Source: a virus
Taxonomy: Duplodnaviria; Heunggongvirae; Uroviricota; Caudoviricetes
IMG/VR virus record: IMGVR_UViG_2585427593_000001
Location: 1 to 56,831 of that record
Length of the DNA stretch: 56,831 nucleotides
Reading direction: 5' to 3' (one strand)
Within the stretch, counting starts at the first letter, position 1, and each line of letters starts with the position of its first letter. The notes under the pieces are model-generated. The model worked only from the letters and a program-made list of their open reading frames with translations, ran no database searches and was not told the origin of the DNA. This document shows positions 53,934-56,831 of this stretch, piece by piece. The position numbers and the translations under genes are program-made.

Positions 53934-54686
53934 ATGCCGCATCTGATTACCGCCTATTCAACCGATCTCGAAGCCGAGCGCGTCACCACGCTTGAGAACG
54001 ATTACATCATCTCCAACTACATTTCGCATGAGTTTCAGGAGTTTGATCGGATGGGCTGGTCGCGGAAGTGGTTCGACTATCGTCATATGACGCTGCTGCA
54101 GGCGACCCATAAATACATGGAAGTCTATGGCGATATCTACCGTCGCATCTTTGCCCGCGAGTTCGATCGCGAGCGGGCCGAGCACATTCGCCCGCTGAAT
54201 TTCGACGCGATCCTCGGCGCGCTTCGCCCCGACGGTCAGACGGACAATAGGAAGGTCACGAAGGCCAAGAAGCAGCTCGTCGGCTGCTGGCGCGGCCGTC
54301 AGGTGGCAGACATGCTGGGCTGCCCCTACGAGGTCTACATCGATCTCGCCTTCACCTACCGCATGCGGCGCTGGAAGCAGAACAACATGCCGCAGCCGCT
54401 TCACCTCTACCACGAGTATGACGTGGAGAAGATTGCCGATCGCTGGGAGGAGCTACAGGCCGGCCGGCTCTATCTCGCCGAGCATTCCGCCTACCTCGTC
54501 CAGAACTACCGCGATCTGCCGCAGCAGAACGATTATCACGAGTGGCTCTTCAAGCAGGCCAAGCTCCGCTCCAACCCGGCCGAGTTCGTCGCTCGATTCA
54601 TCGACGATCACCTTCTCCCGATCGACAAGGTGAAGACCCGCACCGATCTCCCCGAATGGGAAATGATCGAGCGCTATCTACAGTAA
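53934..54686 (+). CDS. Hypothetical protein upstream of the helicase
   Basis: ATG 53934; 250 aa; aromatic-rich. Confidence 0.7.
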   Translation: MPHLITAYSTDLEAERVTTLENDYIISNYISHEFQEFDRMGWSRKWFDYRHMTLLQATHKYMEVYGDIYRRIFAREFDRERAEHIRPLNFDAILGALRPDGQTDNRKVTKAKKQLVGCWRGRQVADMLGCPYEVYIDLAFTYRMRRWKQNNMPQPLHLYHEYDVEKIADRWEELQAGRLYLAEHSAYLVQNYRDLPQQNDYHEWLFKQAKLRSNPAEFVARFIDDHLLPIDKVKTRTDLPEWEMIERYLQ

Positions 54687-54756
54687 TCCCCACGCGCTTC
54701 TCGCTATAACATACGCATGACGTTTTTCGCTTGCTTGAATACGTAAGCACTTACTT

Positions 54757-56094
54757 ATGAATTGGAGTCAATACGTGACTGAGACGGCACAGTTTGAGTT
54801 CGATCAGTCTTTCCAGACGAAGGTCGCGGCGCTGGTGATGCGCGACACGAACTTCGCCATGAATACGAAGGATCTGATCAAGCCCGAATATTTCACCGAG
54901 GACGCAGCCGGCGCCCTCGTTCGCATCGTGCATGAGCATGTGAAGACCTATCGCTCCGTGCCCGACATGAAGATCCTACCGACGATCCTGAAGGATGAGA
55001 TCGCAGCCAAGCGCATTCGCTCGGACATGGTGGATCCGATCAAGAAGATGGTGCGTGATGTGCTCACCACCGATCTGTCGAACCCGCAGTTCGTCCAGGA
55101 CAAGGTGACGGACTTCGCCAAGCACCAGGCCGTCGAAGGCGCCATCATGCAGATCCTCCCGCTGCTCGAAAAGGGCAAGGATTGGGGCAAGATCGGCCAG
55201 CTGATGAAGGATGCCGTCTCGGTCGGCTCGACCACCGACGGTGGCGACTACGACTTCTTCAACGAGATTGGCAACCGCACCAAGATGCGCCACGACCTGA
55301 AGGCCGGCAAGGTCATCAGGAACGGCATCACCACCGGCTATCCGGCGATCGACGCCTATCTCTATCACCTCGGATGGGGCCGCAAGGAACTGAGCTGCAT
55401 GATGGGTGCAGCCAAGGCTGGCAAGTCGATGTCACTTGGCGACTTCGGCAAGAACGCGGCGATGGCCGGCTACAACGTCCTCTACGACAGCCTCGAAGTC
55501 TCGAAGGAAATCATCGCCGAGCGTATCGACGCGGCAATGTCCGATACCTTGATGCGCGAGCTGCACAAGGATCCTGACGCTGTCGAGGCTGCGATCAGGG
55601 CGATTGCTGCCAAGTCCGGTCACTTCAAGATCCGTGACCACGCATCAGGCACTCTGAAGCCCTCCGCGCTGCATCGCCTCATCGAGAACTATCGCGCCGA
55701 CGGCATCATCTTCGACCTGGTCATTGTCGACTACGCCGACATCATGGCCGCGGAATATCGTTCCGACAATCTGATCGAGAACCTGCGCACCATCTACATC
55801 GACCTGCGCGCGCTCGCCCACGAGCTGAACTGCGCATTCCTGACGGCCACGCAGACCAACCGCGACGGCGCAAAGGCTGCAACGGCCAAGGCGACTGACG
55901 TTGGCGACGACTGGAACAAGGCTCGAACCGTCGACATCATGATCGGCATCAACGCGACCGACGCTGAGAAGGCTGCCGGCGAGGCGCGTCTCACCTGGCT
56001 GCTCTCGCGCAACACCGAAGACGGCTTCAGCCTGCGCATCAAGCAGGACCGGGCGAAGATGCAGTTCCTCAAGAAGGTGATCGGGAAGGAGTAA
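54757..56094 (+). CDS. dnaB: DnaB-like replicative helicase
   Basis: GAAKAGKS, VIVDYADIM, TATQTNR, RNTE. Confidence 0.9.
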   Translation: MNWSQYVTETAQFEFDQSFQTKVAALVMRDTNFAMNTKDLIKPEYFTEDAAGALVRIVHEHVKTYRSVPDMKILPTILKDEIAAKRIRSDMVDPIKKMVRDVLTTDLSNPQFVQDKVTDFAKHQAVEGAIMQILPLLEKGKDWGKIGQLMKDAVSVGSTTDGGDYDFFNEIGNRTKMRHDLKAGKVIRNGITTGYPAIDAYLYHLGWGRKELSCMMGAAKAGKSMSLGDFGKNAAMAGYNVLYDSLEVSKEIIAERIDAAMSDTLMRELHKDPDAVEAAIRAIAAKSGHFKIRDHASGTLKPSALHRLIENYRADGIIFDLVIVDYADIMAAEYRSDNLIENLRTIYIDLRALAHELNCAFLTATQTNRDGAKAATAKATDVGDDWNKARTVDIMIGINATDAEKAAGEARLTWLLSRNTEDGFSLRIKQDRAKMQFLKKVIGKE

Positions 56095-56095
56095 G

Positions 56096-56831
56096 ATGTC
56101 TAAGCTGTCCTTTGCACAGATCCAGGACGAGCTCGACATTGAGTTCTTCCTCGATCGCGAAAGCATCTCCTTTCGCGAGACGCGCGGCACGTCCGGCGTC
56201 CAGCTGAATATCAAGACCTGCCCGAACCCGGCCTGCCGCGACGAGCGCTGGCGCACCTATTTCGGGATCGACAACGGGCAGGGTAACTGCTTCGTCTGCG
56301 GTCAGTCCTTCAACAAGGTCCACTTCGTCAACAACTACTTCGATTTTGGCGACAACTGGCGCGCCACCTTCCAGATGTGCGAGGAGATCCTGCGCGACCA
56401 GGGCTATCGTCCGAAGCGCAAGGCAATGGTGCGTGTCGAGCACGGCGACGTGACGCTTCCGGTTTCCGATCCGCTACCTATGCCGGACGGTTCGAACCTG
56501 GCCTATCTCGAGCAGCGCGGCTTCGGCGCCGACATCTGCAAGTATTTCGAGCTGCGTTGGTGCCAGTTCGGCTGGTGGAAGTTCAAGGATCCGGACGGCA
56601 ACACGCAGACGCAAAACTTTGGCGATCGCGTCATCATTCCGGTCTTCGACCTCGACGGCACGCTCAAGACGTTCCAGGGTCGCGATCTGACCGGCGAGTC
56701 GGCGAAGAAGTATCTCTTTCCGATGGAGCTGCCCGGAACCGGCCGCTACCTTCTGAACGGTCATAATGCCGTGGCGACCGACCATGTGTGTATGGGCGAG
56801 GGCGCTTTCGACGTTGCTGCGATCAAGCTTG
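56096..56831 (+). CDS. DNA primase (3' truncated; missing from the ORF track)
   Basis: ATG 56096; zinc finger CPNPAC...CFVC; YLEQRG, RVIIP, FQGR, KY; start of Toprim MGEGAFD. Confidence 0.88.
   Translation, partial: MSKLSFAQIQDELDIEFFLDRESISFRETRGTSGVQLNIKTCPNPACRDERWRTYFGIDNGQGNCFVCGQSFNKVHFVNNYFDFGDNWRATFQMCEEILRDQGYRPKRKAMVRVEHGDVTLPVSDPLPMPDGSNLAYLEQRGFGADICKYFELRWCQFGWWKFKDPDGNTQTQNFGDRVIIPVFDLDGTLKTFQGRDLTGESAKKYLFPMELPGTGRYLLNGHNAVATDHVCMGEGAFDVAAIKL

Larger units (their letters stand above)
1..56831. mobile_element. Temperate siphophage, probable phage-plasmid (partial; extends beyond both window ends)
   Basis: Complete terminase-portal-capsid-lambda-like tail-lysis set, plus ParA/RHH partition pair, Doc TA, helicase and primase. 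No host housekeeping genes and no integrase in the window. Confidence 0.9.

Noticed and set aside
13794-54758. Palindromic repeats as a CRISPR array
   Set aside because: Copies are kilobases apart at gene boundaries, with no regular spacers and no cas genes.

Overview
The whole window is one part of a large temperate siphophage genome that probably replicates as a plasmid (phage-plasmid). High GC and the accessory genes suggest an alphaproteobacterial, Rhizobiales-like host (inference). Left part (1-17 kb): accessory and early region with an AAA ATPase, an ATP-dependent DNA ligase, a Doc toxin-antitoxin pair, a motif-rich non-coding stretch, an array of small membrane-protein genes, a tRNA(CAU), an HNH nuclease, ParA plus a ribbon-helix-helix partner, a dNMP kinase and an SF2 helicase. 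Middle (18.5-23 kb): ParB-N, ParB-N, ABC-ATPase, DUF2829, HAD and GNAT genes directly ahead of the terminase. This is followed by the head, a lambda-like tail, the lysis cassette, PhoH, a DnaB-like helicase and a primase truncated by the window end. The most striking signal is a 771-bp transcription unit (10103-10873) with no CC and a single GG dinucleotide. It encodes a 199-aa protein with no Gly, Pro or Trp and lies close to a G-run/CCTAGG-saturated block. Its likely paralog at 7176 has normal composition. Also notable: about 17 copies of a 20-bp palindromic operator, a dispersed AGCTATCTAGC motif, a cassette-like array with conserved spacers, and a perfect 26-bp inverted repeat before terS. 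All product calls come from motif recognition by eye; no database searches were run.
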